Assembly (NCBI GenBank): GCA_951406725.2
Contig: OX597830.1
Location: 65,658,001-65,722,000 of the forward strand
Direction of reading: 5' to 3'
Source of the DNA: Octopus vulgaris
Taxonomy: Eukaryota
DNA: 64,000 bases
In this document: piece by piece, positions 50,601-64,000 of the stretch
How the letters are laid out: the number at the start of each line of letters is the position of its first letter
Numbering within the stretch: position 1 is the stretch's first letter
Made by a program: the position numbers and the translations under genes
Notes under the pieces: generated by a model
The model's input: the letters and a program-made list of their open reading frames with translations, nothing else
Database searches by the model: none
Told to the model about the DNA's origin: nothing

Positions 50601-53600
50601 GTCACCCAGATTACAGGATATGTAATGTAGTGTAGAGACTCCTATCTTCCATAATTCTGGAATTAACCTATAAATAATGAAGTTACTGAATGATACCAAC
50701 CTGAAATAAATAGAAAAACAAATAAATGACATTATTAATTCAATATTAAGTTTAATTATTAATTAATAAACTTATATATAAACAAAGACAGTACATAACA
50801 GCATTGGATCAGTTAAATGATGTACATAAATCATCTACTACCACTACCACCACCATCTGTCTTCTATGCTTGCATTGATTGGATGGATGGTTCAACATGA
50901 TCTGACTGGTTAGCAGACTGCATCATGTTCCAGTGTTTGCTTTGAAATGGTTTCCATGGTTGGATACATTTCTATTGCCAGCCACATTACAGACTGTTCT
51001 GGGTGCTTTTTTCCATGGATGAATAAGCTCTCCATGTAGCTCACAAGACCAAGATCCTTTTCATCTGAAAGGAACTACACACATACATAGATGATGGCCT
51101 CTTACTCGCTCTTGATTATAAAATGATGATACATCAAGCAATGGGCTGTGCATGATATTTTTTTCCAAGTGAGAAGAGGCCTTGCACACAACCAACCCCA
51201 CTCTCTGAACAATGATGACAGATGCCCTTAAAGGAAGAACCAATCAACATCAACATTGGCTGCCATTGAGTCACAGGTTTCACATAAGTTTCTCTTTTCC
51301 TGCAATAATGTCTTAACAAGGGCCAAGGGTCATTCACTCCCAGTAATGTGGAACACCATGCCTACATCTTCATTCACATGGTTCTCTGTTGACTGAACCC
51401 ATTGCGTCTGCCCATTATTGAAAACATGTCAATCCTCTGTGCAGCCACTGTGTTTTTTCCACCAGAGTCATCAGTTTGTCAACGATTGCTGCAGGAATAG
51501 GGCTGTCCATGAGAAATAACAGAACCAAACTTGCATGCACACCATTAAATGACTGCTGACTTTAATGAGTTCATCTATCCTTTGACAGGTTTTGTTTTCC
51601 GTCATGCTGCAAGCTGGCAGAAACGTTAGCTCGCTGGATGAAATGCATAGCCGTATTTTGTCTGCCGTTACGTTCAGAGTTCAAATTCCGCCGAGGTCAA
51701 CTTTGTCTTTCATCCTTTTGGGGTCGATTAAATTAAGTACTAGTTACGCACTGGGGTCGATGTAATCGACTTAATCCATTTGTCTGTCCTTGTTTGTCCC
51801 CTCTGTGTTTGTCCCCTCTGTGTTTGTCCCCTCTGTGGGTAGTAAAGAAATAGGTTTTGTTTTCCGTCATGCTGGGTGTTCAGTCACCCTCCAGATGGAG
51901 CAAGCATAGAGGGGTTGCCAGTAGCAGGCTGGACTGGGTTACATGTTACCAGTAACACTCACAAGTGACCTGACATCACAAATATACATAAATACCTATA
52001 TTTTTACATATATATTATATAGGGAGTGTTTATCACCACTTCAACATGGGTGTTCTCTAACAGACGATGACACTGTCGTTTTAACCACAGAAAGAAATCT
52101 CCTGCAGCTGATTCATTCAGTGCACTTTCTGCACTCAATATTTATTGCAGGCAGGAGATAACCCCTGCCACCCTTGCTCTGAGACCACCAGACTACATGA
52201 TTTTTGATCCTATTGGATCTCTTCAGTGGTGGGCACTCATTTGCCAGGCATGGCAGCAGTTTAACTTTGCTTGCAATATATAGAAAATACAGTGTCATAC
52301 AATGATTTTGTAATTAGAAAACATCTGTTTGAGATAGAAGCAGTATATGAACCAAAAGGGAGTGTGTACCCATACCAGCATGGACAACAGACGTTAAATG
52401 AAGATGATATATATATATACATATATATATATAGGCACACGTGTGACTGCGTGGTAAGAAGCATGTGTCTGTAGGTCTGTGTTTGTCCCTCCCACCATCA
52501 CTCAACAACCGATGCTGGTATGTTTAAGTCCCAGTAACTTAGCAGTCTGGCAAAAGGGACTGATAGAGTAACAAGGCTTACAAAGAGTAAGTCCTAGGGT
52601 TAATTTTTTCAACTAAAATTCCTCTAAGTATGGCTGCAGTCAAATGACTGAAGCGTGTAAAAGAATAAAATAATATATTGAACCGTCCAACCCATGCTAG
52701 CATGGAAAGCGGACGCTAAACGATGAATAATAATAATAATAATAATAATAATATATATATATATATATATATATAAGCATTTATACATACAAATATGTAC
52801 ATACTTACATATATATGTATATACATATGCATATATGGGTACAGGACGTTATAAAGCATAAACAACATGAAATACAAAATACGAAAACATGGAATACAAA
52901 CTTTTTTTTGCAAACAACGAAAGGAACAAATGGAAAACAATACAAGTAACGTAAAGAACGACCCTTCATCAGTTTCAAGCAATATATATATATTTGTGTA
53001 ACGTCCGGTTTTTTCCGTCCTTGTTTTTGTATACATTCACTGCTTTGTTCCAAGGAATCTAATGCTCTTAGCTTAGTTTTTCCTCGGGGCTGGCCAGATT
53101 GAAGCAATCTCAAGTATAATCAGCCGAAATTGCGAACATAATCTGGTACTTGACTGAGGAAAGAAAACTTCGAATGACTCGTCCTTGTTTTCTTTGTATC
53201 GTCTATCTGGATGTTTTGTTGTTCCATTTTTGTATCACCTAACTGTCCGGATGTCCCATTTTGTATTATATATATATATATATAATGCATACATACATAT
53301 ACATGGATACACACATGTATAGATGCATATACACACATATGCACATGCATGCATACACACACACATTTCATTAATCAACATTTTAACATCCATTTATCCA
53401 TGATTGCTCTGGTCAGACAATATTGCACCTTCCAGAGACATAGTCGAACAAAATTACAGCCACTGAAACATATTTGTAGGTTCAAAAGGTCTTTTTTTTT
53501 TTTTTTTTCAACATTTAGCTGCCCTCGTCTGTTTAGTTCCTTAGAAACAGACCATAAGTAGGATCTAACCTTATAAACAATCTCAGAGAAAAATTAGAAT

Positions 53601-53647
53601 AAAAGCAGTTATGGGGAGGAAATGTTTTGGGTAAGAATGTTACTTAC

Positions 53648-53724
53648 GTTCTGAGGTATCAGAAGAATCGTGATTCAAATACACTGGGTTGTTCACTTCT
53701 ACAACAGTCGGACTATGGTGACAG
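53648..53724 (-). CDS. IGFBP-like paralogue, exon homologous to exon 4 of the + gene
   Basis: atgtttttctag| ... C|gtaagt, phase 2-1, begins N-TGT like 35800; SCHHSPTVVEVNNPVYLNHDSSDTSE. Confidence 0.75.
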
Positions 53725-56303
53725 CTAGAAAAACATTAAACAAAAAATACAATAAGAGAAATGAGTCTGTCTTTTGATTGGTACCTGCTTCCAGACCATG
53801 AAATAATCTCAAGAAATATTTGATGCAATATTGGCTTCAAATTTTGGTACAGGGCCAGCAAATCAATTAAATCAATCCTTGTGCTCATCATCATCATCAT
53901 CATCATCGTTTAACATCCACTTTCCATGCTGGCATGGGTTGGACGGTTTGACATGGAGCTGACTAGACTCCTTATTGCCTGTTGTGGCATGGTTTCCACC
54001 GTTGGATGCCTTTCCTAAAGGTAGATGGAAACTGTATGGAAGCCCATTATGTATGTGTGTGTGTGTTTCTTGTTTGTGTTTGTCTTCCACTACTGCTTTA
54101 TAACAGGTGTTGGTATGTTTACATTCCTATTACAGCAGTTTGGTAAAAGAGATCAATAGAATAAGTACCAGACTTAGAAAAAGAAAATAATTGGGGGTTA
54201 ACTGGTTTGACTAGACCTTTCAAGGTGGTGCCCCAGCATGGCTGCACTCCAATGACTGAAACAAGTAAAAAAAATAAAAGATAAATGAATACAAAAAGGA
54301 AATTTTTTTCTCCTGCCATGTGTTCAATATTTGAATGTTACAGTACTCATTATTTTACAAGTGGCCATGCTGAGATACTGCCTTAAAGGGTTTTAACCAA
54401 TTATGTTTAACACAGAATAATAATAACAGCAAGAGTACTCAGAGAGTACAAACCTCTTCCAAGGCAATGCCAACGTCCTCTCAATGATTAGCCGGAGAGG
54501 ATTTATAAATCACCAACCACTTTACAAGGTGGACTGGACACTTTTTACAAGTATGGGAAAGTAGACATTAAATGACGATGATGATGATGTCAATGTAAAC
54601 ATTTTCCTAACATGGGAAAACCCATGAATAATTGCTTCATCATTTCTTCAGCTTATTTGCAGCCAATCAACAAGAACTGTTTAGGACAAACATAAAAGGC
54701 AAATTCCCCAAAGCAATGCATTTTTTCCCCTCTTACATAAGTCTAATTATCTTGACTGGTATTTTTCTCTTCCAAATATGAACGAATATATAAGGAAAGA
54801 AAATATGTAGAAATGATCAAAGATGTGTAAAAAGCTTCAAATATTCTGGGGGTGAGAACAACCTGGTAAATAACTACTGGCACCTTGGGCAAGTATCTTC
54901 TACTATAGCCTTGGGCCAACTAAAACCTTGTGAATGGATTTGGTAGAAAGAAACTGAAAGAAGTCCGTTGCATACATGAATATATATATATGTATATGTG
55001 TGTGTGTATATATGTTTGTGCATCTGTGTTTGTCCCCCCAACATCACTTGACAACCGATGCTGGTGTGTTTACGTCCCCGTAACTTAGCAGTTCGGCAAA
55101 AGAGACCGATAGAATAAGTAGGCTTACAAAGAACAAGTCCTGGGGTTGATTTGCTCGACTAAAAAGGCAGTGCTCCAGCATGGCTGCAGTCAAATGACTG
55201 AAACAAGTAAAAGAGAGCACAAGAGTATAAGGGTAAACTCTTCATCTGATGAATAAATACCATCAATAATTTCCACTACTTCAAAGAATCTAGACCTTTG
55301 CTCATTTACCAGATAAAGTGCTGGGTTCATTGCATGTACGTTTCATCGCAAAAGTAGGTTTTTTTCTTTAAATTAAAATCAAAACTAAACAACACCGTTT
55401 GGAGATGCCATTAACAATGAGTCTTAAACACACTTGACTATACAGTTGCAATGTGATCGGTTGTCCATTTTTAGTATTTTGTCTTTTTCTACATAGGCAC
55501 AGGAGTGGCTGTGTGGTAAATAGCTTGCTTACCAACCACATGGCTCCGGGTTCAGTCCCACTGCGTGGCACCTTGGGCAAGTGTCTTCTACTATAGCCTT
55601 GGGCAAGTGTCTTCTACTATAGCCTCGGGCCGACCAAAGCCTTGTGAGTAGATTTGGTAGACGGAAACTGAAAGAAGCCCGTTGTATATATGTATATATA
55701 TGTGTTTGTGTTTGTGTTTGTCCCCCCAACATCGCTTGACAATCGATGCTGGTGTGTTTACGTCCCTGTAACTTAGCGGTTCGGCAAAATTGAGTGATAG
55801 AATAAGTACTAGGCTTACAAAGAATAAGTCCTGGGGGTTGATTTCCTCGACTAAAGGTGGTGCTCCAGCATGGCCGCAGTCAAATGACTGAAACAAGTAA
55901 AAGAGTATATGTTGTTCATTATCGCTTTAACGAGAATTCGGTGAAGATTACATTTAAGCTATTCCTGCTATACTGGGAACACGGTGTGACAGAGTTAAAC
56001 CCTGTCCATGACTCATGAGCTTCAGTTTCCAAATATTCGCTTCAGAAAAACATGGAACAGACAAAAATCTCGTTTCTCATTTCCTGTGTAATAAGTTCAT
56101 GTGTATTTAGGAATGTGTTGTGGAATTTAAATACACACTTGATGAGCTAATATCATGAGCTTGTTTTGATCCTATTACATCTTATCTCCTGTCACAGAAA
56201 TCTGATGGCAGGAGGGGTTTGCTTATGTAAACCCCTCTGTTTAAAGAATCTGTTTAAAGAATGTGTTTAAATGACAATATCGTATAGATTAAAAGTTATA
56301 TAC

Positions 56304-56388
56304 CTATCATACGCGCTTGAGACAAAAGAAGGAAAGTAAGTAGTTATTTTAAATGGGAAAAATTCTTCAAACTTCCAGTAACTGCGAT
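56304..56388 (-). CDS. IGFBP-like paralogue, exon homologous to exon 3 of the + gene
   Basis: gttttgcag|ATCGCAGTTAC (cf. cag|ATCACAGTTTC at 32675) ... AG|gtatat, phase 1-2, open frame RSYWKFEEFFPFKITTYFPSFVSSAYD. Confidence 0.72.
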
Positions 56389-57690
56389 CTGCAAAACAAA
56401 ACAAAAATAATAATAAAAATAATGATAATAATAATAATGATGATAATAATAATGATAATAATAATAATAATAATGATAATAATAATAATGATAATAATAA
56501 TAATAATAATAATTAATAATAATAATAATAAATAATAATTATCATGTACATTGTTTTGTCTTGGTATAAAAGATGGGCTACAGCAAATATTCTGCTCAAT
56601 ACCACAGATTTGCTTGTCACTTGTTTGACCGTAACCAGTTGAGCATGTCCCTTAGTGGCTGATGATATGTGCATCTCTGATCACGAGCAGAAGTAGTGGG
56701 GGAGCATCGTAGCCATGTGTTGAGAGGGATTCTTCAGGGTTTGGATGATTCGCCTCTGGAAACATGGGTGTTTCATTCAACATCCTTAAACAACCCTTAA
56801 TCAGGGACCTTTTGAGTGGGATGGGTTACCCAACCAGAAGAAAATTCTAACTGGGCCCCACCTGCAAGGTTATGCGCTGTTTATCTTGTTATGAGATCAC
56901 CATGTCGCGCACATATGGTTGTGATGCATGTGCCTGGTGTACCCTTATCAGACGGGTAGTCACGATGGGTATACTGGGCTTTGTATATTTTACCCCAGTG
57001 TCATTTTGATGGCATGCACTGCTCTCTCACTCAATAATAATAATAAGCTTGTAATTTGGATGAAAACAGTTACAACTGGATTAAGTTTATGGGGTGATAG
57101 TTTTGGTACAGAATGAAGTATAGGAAGAAATTGAGTAGCTAAATATGAACAGTATGAGGCAACACCTATGAGGAGAAAGAGGAGGGGATAGGGAACATAA
57201 GAAGACAACAGGGAGTTTTTAAGGAATTATGACAATCTGCTGCAAGAACAGAGCCTAGATAGAACAAGGTTTAAGCATGTTACGGGTTAACATAATGTTG
57301 GACAGGTACAGCATGTTTGATTGAGTTTGTATATGTGTACAAGAAAAGAATGGAGGAGGAGTAGCAGGGAGTTGGTTTAATATAAATATGCACATGGGAT
57401 AGATGCCAAAATTCAAGAGTATGCAAAAAATGTCTGCTCTAATTCCAAGGAGTTACAGAATAGTTAAACCTGGCTGGGAGGGCAAGTAACTCTTTACTCT
57501 TTTACTTGTTTCAGTCATTTGACTGTGGCCATGCTGGAGCACCACCTTTAGTCAAGCAAATCAACACCAGGACTTATTCTTTGTAAGCCTAGTACTTATT
57601 CTATCGGTCTCTTTTGCCGAACCACTAAGTTATGGGGGGTGCAAACACAATGGCATCGGTTGTCAAACGATGTTGGGGGGAAAAACACAG

Positions 57691-57735
<45 letters not shown>

Positions 57736-58162
57736 CGACGGGCTTCTTTCAGTTTCCGTCTACCAAATCCACTCACAAGGCTTTGGTCGGTCCGAGGCTA
57801 TAGTAGAAGACACTTGCCCAATGTGCCACGCAGTGGGACTGAACCCGGAACCATGTGGTTGGTAAGCAAGCTACTTACCATACAGCCACTCCTACGCCTA
57901 CTCTGAATAAAAACTGATAAAGAGCAGAGGGGATATTTGAGCAGGATATGGCCAGACAAAAATGCTAAAGAGCTAATGATACATATGAAGACAAAGGAAA
58001 CAGTAGGGCCATTGAGAATAGTTGCTGAGCTGCCAGAAGTGTCTGGAATTGTAAGACGTATGTTAATCATTTGGTTGTGGTTATTTAGCCTCGGGTCAAC
58101 TCTGATTGAAGAACAAGCTGATTATCAGAGGAATTCCATCTATGACCTTCCTGTCAGTTTAA

Positions 58163-58382
58163 CCCTTCAGCATTTAAACCAGCCATATCTGGGCCAAATA
58201 TTTTACTGCTTTTATGTGCAAACTGGCCAGATCCAGCCTCTTGCACTTGTTCTACAATGTCATTCTAAAAACAAACAAATAACAACATCAACATTTTGAA
58301 GCCATAAGATAATGCATGATTAATTCAAAAGAATGTGATTAACCAAGCATTATTTTGACAGAATAATCTGAATGCTAAAGGG
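58163..58382. mobile_element. piggyBac-type MITE, second family
   Basis: TTAA|CCCTTCAGCATT ... AATGCTAAAGGG|TTAA; decayed copies near 25770-26257, 34453, 36349, 42377, 45330. Confidence 0.78.
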
Positions 58383-58548
58383 TTAAAGAATAACAGACTT
58401 GAAGGAAGAAAAAAAAAGTACTAAGGTTGATTTGTTCAATTAAAACCGTTTTAAGATGGTGCTCCAGCATGGTCGTAGTCCAATGACTGAAACAAGTGAA
58501 GGTTAAAAGGAAAAGATAATATGATGCAGTTTAATCTGTGATACTTAC

Positions 58549-58711
58549 ATATAACTTTAGAACAAAATTCACAACAGTTACATTCACTTTTCTGACAACT
58601 TGCTACCGTCAAGCACTTGGAACAATCCACAGGTTTATGGCATGTAAAGCTAAAACCAACTACAAAAGTAACCAATGCAGTAAGGACTGCAATGATTAGT
58701 ATGTTCTGCAT
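58549..58711 (-). CDS. IGFBP-like paralogue, coding exon 1 (signal peptide + 8-Cys half IB domain)
   Basis: MQNILIIAVLTALVTFVVGFSFTCHKPVDCSKCLTVASCQKSECNCCEFCSKVI; same 163-nt coding length, phase-1 gtaagt donor and all 8 Cys as 25096-25258; conserved acceptor cttttaattttgtttcag| at 58835. Confidence 0.88.
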
Positions 58712-59089
58712 ATTAAATGTTACTGTGTGCACACTGAAACTTACTCAATGTCTGTGAATTAAAAAAAAAAAAAATTTAAATAATTGCAAATATATAATTC
58801 CTGCTTGATTAGGATTTCAACAAATATGCAAAAACTGAAACAAAATTAAAAGACACAGGAAAATCACAATATGACTGTGAGCATGAATGAAAACACACAG
58901 GAGGTGTGTGTGTGTGTGTGTGCATACAAGCTTGGCATGTGGTTAAGAAGTTTGCTTTGGAACATGTTTAGAGTTTCAATCCCACTGCACGGACACTGTC
59001 AGTTGTGGTCTTCAACTATAGCTGCATGTTGGCCAATATCTTGCAAGTGAAATTGATACATGGAAACTGGAAGAAACCCTTCATCTGAG

Positions 59090-59121
<32 letters not shown>

Positions 59122-59899
59122 CATATGCATAAAAAGCACCCAGTACACTCTGTAAAGTGGCTGGCATTAGGAAAGGCATCCAGCTGAAGAAGCCATGTCA
59201 AAATAGACAACAATTGGAGACTGGTGCAGCTCCCCAGCTTGCTAGCTCCTGTCAGACCATCCAACCCATGCCAGCATGGAAAACAGATATTAAATGATGA
59301 TGATTTTTATATAATTATATATATATAAGCAATGTGCCTTCATATATATGTGTGGGTGTGTGTGTGTGAAGGCGTGTGGCTTAGTGGTTAGGGGCATTCG
59401 GCTCATGATCGTAAGGTCGTGAGTTCGATAGCCAGCAGCGCGTTGTGTCCTTGAGTAAGACACTATTTCATGTTGCTCCAGTCCACGCAGCTTGCAAAAA
59501 TGAGTAGTACCTGTATTTCAAAGGGTCAGCCTTGTCACACACTGTGTCACACTGAATCTCCCCAAGAACTACGTTAAGGGTACAAGTGTCTGTGGAGTGC
59601 TCAGCCACTTACATGTTAATTTCACGAGCAAGCTGTTCCATTGATCGTAACAGCTGGGACCATCGTCATCGCAACCGACGGAGTGCTCTCTCTCTCTCTC
59701 TCTCTCTCTTTATATATATATATATATATAAAACCAAAGGTAGAACAGAAAGAACACAACAAACGGAAACCATCAAAGTACAACATGCAGGGAAAAAAGG
59801 GCAATAGCACAACGGCAAACAAGACAAAATAAGATACACAGACCCCAGTCGAAATGTCCAACCCATGCTAGCATGGAAAACAGATGTTAAACGATGATG

Positions 59900-59937
<38 letters not shown>

Positions 59938-60989
59938 GCTAAATTGAGTTCCCTAATTTGTACATAAGCGATTGGTATTATAGACCTTTCACCAAGAATG
60001 AAAATCAGTGCCCCAAATCCCCAAACTCATGGAAAATACCAACAGCATCATCACAACAAATACTTTTGTCTAAGAACAGAAACGTAAAACAATGGGCGTA
60101 ACTTCAGATGTGTGCCCCACTAGCCCTGTGGACTTTGTTCCATCAGAACATTCTGAAAAATAAATATTTCTTAATAAAATTATCACCATGTTTCAGAAGG
60201 TGAAGATTTCAATTATATTGGAATTTGATGCAAAAATATAACTGAATGAGTTTGGGGTAGGACACATAATTCACACACCTCATCAAAATGTATTAGGAAA
60301 TAAAGATGAAGTGTGTGACTTGCCTGACCACCACCCCTATTATATTTTTCACGCCAAATTCCAACTCAGTCATATACTGCACTGTCTGAAGCATATTAAA
60401 AATATCAGTTTTTGAGAAAATTACAAGGAAACAGATCAAGATGTGTGTATTATCCAAAACTCCTCTCCACTCCTCTGAAAAAAACTTTTCTCAATAAATT
60501 CCAACATATCCCTAATATATACCTGCTGCAATGTATCTCCAGAAATATGCATGTTTCATAAAGTTATGAAGAAACAAAGTTTGTGGAGGCAAATGTAGTT
60601 ACACCAGGGTAAGGGTAAAGATCTCCTTTGGTCATGAATGACCATGGAATTGCCCCGTTGCACATGCATACCATCCTCCCCTCTCCATGCCACTGGTGTT
60701 CTCCAGCAGCTTGGCACCAGTGATGTCGCAACTCATTTCTACAGCCGAGTGAACTGGAGCAACGTGAAATAAAGTATCTTGCTCAAGAACACAACACACA
60801 GCCCGGTCTAGGAACTGAACTCACTATCTAATGATTGTGAATCCAATGCTCTAACCATTGAGCTATGCGCCTTCACAGTTACACCAAATAATGCAATAAT
60901 GCAACAGTTCAAATAGTTGTATACAGTCGTAGATGATAAAGGATGAAAAGCAGAAATCCTTGCAAAAGCAACAGACAATTATTGTACTA

Positions 60990-61225
60990 GCCAAATTCAA
61001 GCCAATATGGAAGGACAGAAGCATCACCGTGAAGAACCTGATCAGACTCCTACACGGGTTCATACTCTCCATCTTCCTGGATACATCTGTTGCTTAGGTC
61101 TATCATGAGTAGCCCTTACAACTCCTGGTCCACAGCCAACTTGATGGTGTATGCTCCGAGGAGGGACTGGTCGGCTAACCCTTTACATCCAACTTCGATG
61201 ACATCATACCTTGCTTGGCACCCAA
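60990..61225 (-). mobile_element. RLE-type (HERO/NeSL-like) non-LTR retrotransposon 3' fragment
   Basis: Minus strand GCQARYDVIEVGCKGLADQSL resembles the PxEVGCRGF segment at the end of restriction-like endonuclease domains. Confidence 0.55.
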
Positions 61226-62899
61226 AAATATAACTGCGGGTTTTTCAAACCAATATTCTACAATATTCGTTTTATTAACGTTATTGATTTCTGACTTACA
61301 AAAGACGGTAAGGGTGTAAACAAATGATAGAATCGGTTAAATTAAACCATAGCTCATTGCTGGTACTTAACTGGTCGCCTTTAGCAGGATATAATGCGAA
61401 ATCAAACACCGAAATTTGAAACCAAGGGCGGCGAGCTGGCAGAAACGTTAGCACGCCGGGCGAAATGCTTAGCCGTATTTTTGTCTGCCATTACGTTCTG
61501 AGTTCAAATTCCGCCGAGGTCGACTTTGCCTTTCATCCTTTCGGGGTCGATTAAGTAAGTCCCAGTTACGCACTGGGGTCGATATAATCGACTTAATCCG
61601 TCTGTCTGTCCTTGTTTGTCTCCTCTGTGTTTAGCCCCTTGTGGGTAGTAATGAAATAGAAATTTGAAGACCGGAAATAAATATTTCCAGGTTTTTAGTT
61701 ACGGACGCTCTACATTAATTTGAACATTTCTGATTCCGCCGTTGTTGATTTAATTTTAAAAGTTGACGAACTTAAATAAGTATGACAATTATTTCTACGG
61801 TTAATTAACCGTAAGTCTTCTTGGATGAGGTGGATCTGATACAAAGCGGCAGAGTGAGGAGCAGAAAAGCATAGCTTTTAATCCATTATAGTTGCTGACA
61901 TGTATTTAGTCTGCCGTTACGTTCTGGGTTCAAATTCCGCCGAGGTCGACTTTGCCTTTCATCCTTTCGGGGTCGATAAATTAAGTACCTGTTACGCACT
62001 GAGGTCGATGTAATCGACTTAATCCGTCTGTCTGTCCTTGTTTGTCTCCTCTATGTTTAGCCCCTTGTGGATAGTAAAGAAATATATATTTGCTGACATG
62101 TACTTAAGAAATAATAGGGTGGACAAACATTGAATCTTGATGTTAAGCTACGTCGCTATAATTCCATGAAATAAATATAAAGAGGGGTATGTAAATAGAT
62201 ACAGGTATGAGTATGCGCTATTATAAAGATAAAAGAAATGACGAAAAAAATAAATAAAATATACAGATAGTTAGAAACGGAAATATGCAACAATATGTAA
62301 ACGTATTTATGCGTGCCTGTGCGTGTATTTTCCCAGTTTCAAACTAAAGGGATGAATTTTCCAAGAAATCTTTTCAGAAATAAGAATTTTGAAATTATGA
62401 TAAGAACGTATAGAAAAGAGAAAAATTCCACTCACGACGAAATAAACCTTGTTTGTATACAAACATTAGTAGCGACGCGTGTCTAATGAAACGCCTTTAG
62501 TTTTTCCGGCGTTAATGAGAACAGAATTATCACAATAATCTATTAAAACATTTTAATTAGAATTTTCAAAAAGTGGCAAATTGTGTAAAAAAAATAGTCC
62601 CAAATGAAAATTTTATAAGTAAATCTGGATCTAGTTAATTTCATTCGCAAAATAATTTTGTTCAGATTGCTTTCAAATTTGGTGTATCTGAATTTTAATA
62701 ACGATCAACCAATTACTTTATCTCGTAAATTAAAGAATCTGATATTGTTAGGAAAGTAAAGTTGGGAAATTTGGGTTAATTTTAGCAAATCAACAGACAG
62801 CGTAGCATTAGAAGCTTGTTACCATGACAACCGCTGTGTTTGTCTTTCACTTTACCAGTGTCTGTGCCGTACGTTGTTAAAAAAAATAATAATGAAATT

Positions 62900-63280
62900 A
62901 TTGCATACAGTGCTCAGGTGAACCACAACTTGTCAAAAGTGCGTATAAAGCATATGTACAAATGCCTGGAAAGCGAACAGTGTATGAGTCAGATACATGC
63001 TTGCGTGTGTATGGAGGGGAGAAAATCAGGTGTAGTGTTGGCGAATCTCAGGAAGCATGGAAGTTTTTAAGGATGCAATGCTCCAACAACTAACAACTGA
63101 TGCTGGCAGTTTGTTCCATGCTTCAGCAACTCTCAGAGTGAAAAAATGTTTCCGAAAGTAATGGGAGCTGTGCTGTTTTCTGACTTTGTAAACATGTCCA
63201 TGGGTGTTAGACAGGTGAAGTTTGAAAAGGTGCTCAGAGTTATTGTTTGTGAGATGGTTGATAATTTTATGGGTGTCTGT
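62900..63280 (-). mobile_element. CR1-clade LINE 3' fragment
   Basis: THKIINHLTNNNSEHLF...RKHFFTLRVAEAWNKLPASVV; same family as 7360-7862. Confidence 0.88.
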
Positions 63281-63626
63281 GTTGATATCGTGGAACAGAG
63301 AAACTGTGAGCAATACAGATAATTTCACATTATTTTTGAATTCTGCATGCAAAAACATATGAGTTACAAGTATTCTTTTCCTTGGGACAAATTCTTTGTT
63401 GACCAGTGTTATTCTTATCATAGTTTACAAATCCAAGCATAAAAACGTTACTCAACTTTGGTGTTCACATACACTTATATATTAATGATGTACACACAAA
63501 TACATGACAGGTATACATAATACTGAAATATGCATAAAGTAAAGACATGCAGACAAATGTATTAATATAACAAATTTGTTAAAAATAATAAAAGCATACA
63601 ATCAATGAAGAGACAAAAGGAACAGT

Positions 63627-63985
63627 TGTAGTGGATCTAGCATGCATGAAGTGGATTCAATCAACCGTAGACAAATTTAAATTAACACTGCAACAGAACT
63701 TTTCCCACGGTGGAACAATGGTTTTTCTCTTACATTTTCCAGGTGCCTTTAGCTAGACTGAAATAATGTCTTCACCACTTGACCCTTTCTAACCTCTTCT
63801 ACTTCGCCAAAAGCTAGAATAGAGACAACAAGACCACCAACTAAATCTATTGTTCTCAATGATATGTCTATCCTTCTGGATAGTTATAAAAGCAAGAACC
63901 CCCAAGCAAATACCAAGTAGTTACTTGGCGACAAGACTCAATTAGTTAGTTAGGGAACAGACTGCTAGTTTCTAATGATTGATCA
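63627..63985 (-). repeat. Non-coding block homologous (inverted) to 19845-20223
   Basis: Reverse-complement alignment by eye across about 360 bp. Confidence 0.9.
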
Positions 63986-64000
63986 TGTGACTGGTCAAGT

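Noticed and set aside
62430-62520. First exon of the minus-strand paralogue (gtgagt donor, CpG-richer)
   Set aside because: Homology with the + gene places the equivalent first exon beyond 64000; no other support

Overview
AT-rich, intron-rich, repeat-dense animal genomic DNA; the SINE families and microsatellite load suggest an octopus (inference). Three genes can be read from splice sites and reading frame. (1) The last six coding exons of a furry/FRY orthologue (+, 323-12023). (2) A complete five-coding-exon gene (+, 25096-37649, 203 aa) for a secreted protein: signal peptide, 12-Cys IGFBP-type N-terminal domain, a degenerate thyroglobulin type-1 (TY) repeat and a complete TY repeat. (3) A strongly diverged, convergent paralogue (-, from 58711) that appears to lack the second IGFBP exon and the TY exon; it belongs to an old inverted duplication whose upstream non-coding DNA is still alignable. 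The most striking non-genic signal is at 13145-14069: a ~1.8-unit tandem repeat (506-511 bp unit) inside a (TA)n tract, carrying two identical canonical type I hammerhead ribozymes on the minus strand 511 nt apart, i.e. a retrozyme or Penelope-like architecture. Next to it lies a fold-back element with a second, unrelated hammerhead. The rest is tRNA-derived SINEs (including head-to-tail concatemers), RTE, CR1, R4/Dong and HERO-like LINE fragments, a Tc1/mariner relic, piggyBac- and Merlin-like MITEs, and mini- and microsatellites. Almost all ORFs in the supplied track are spurious repeat translations.
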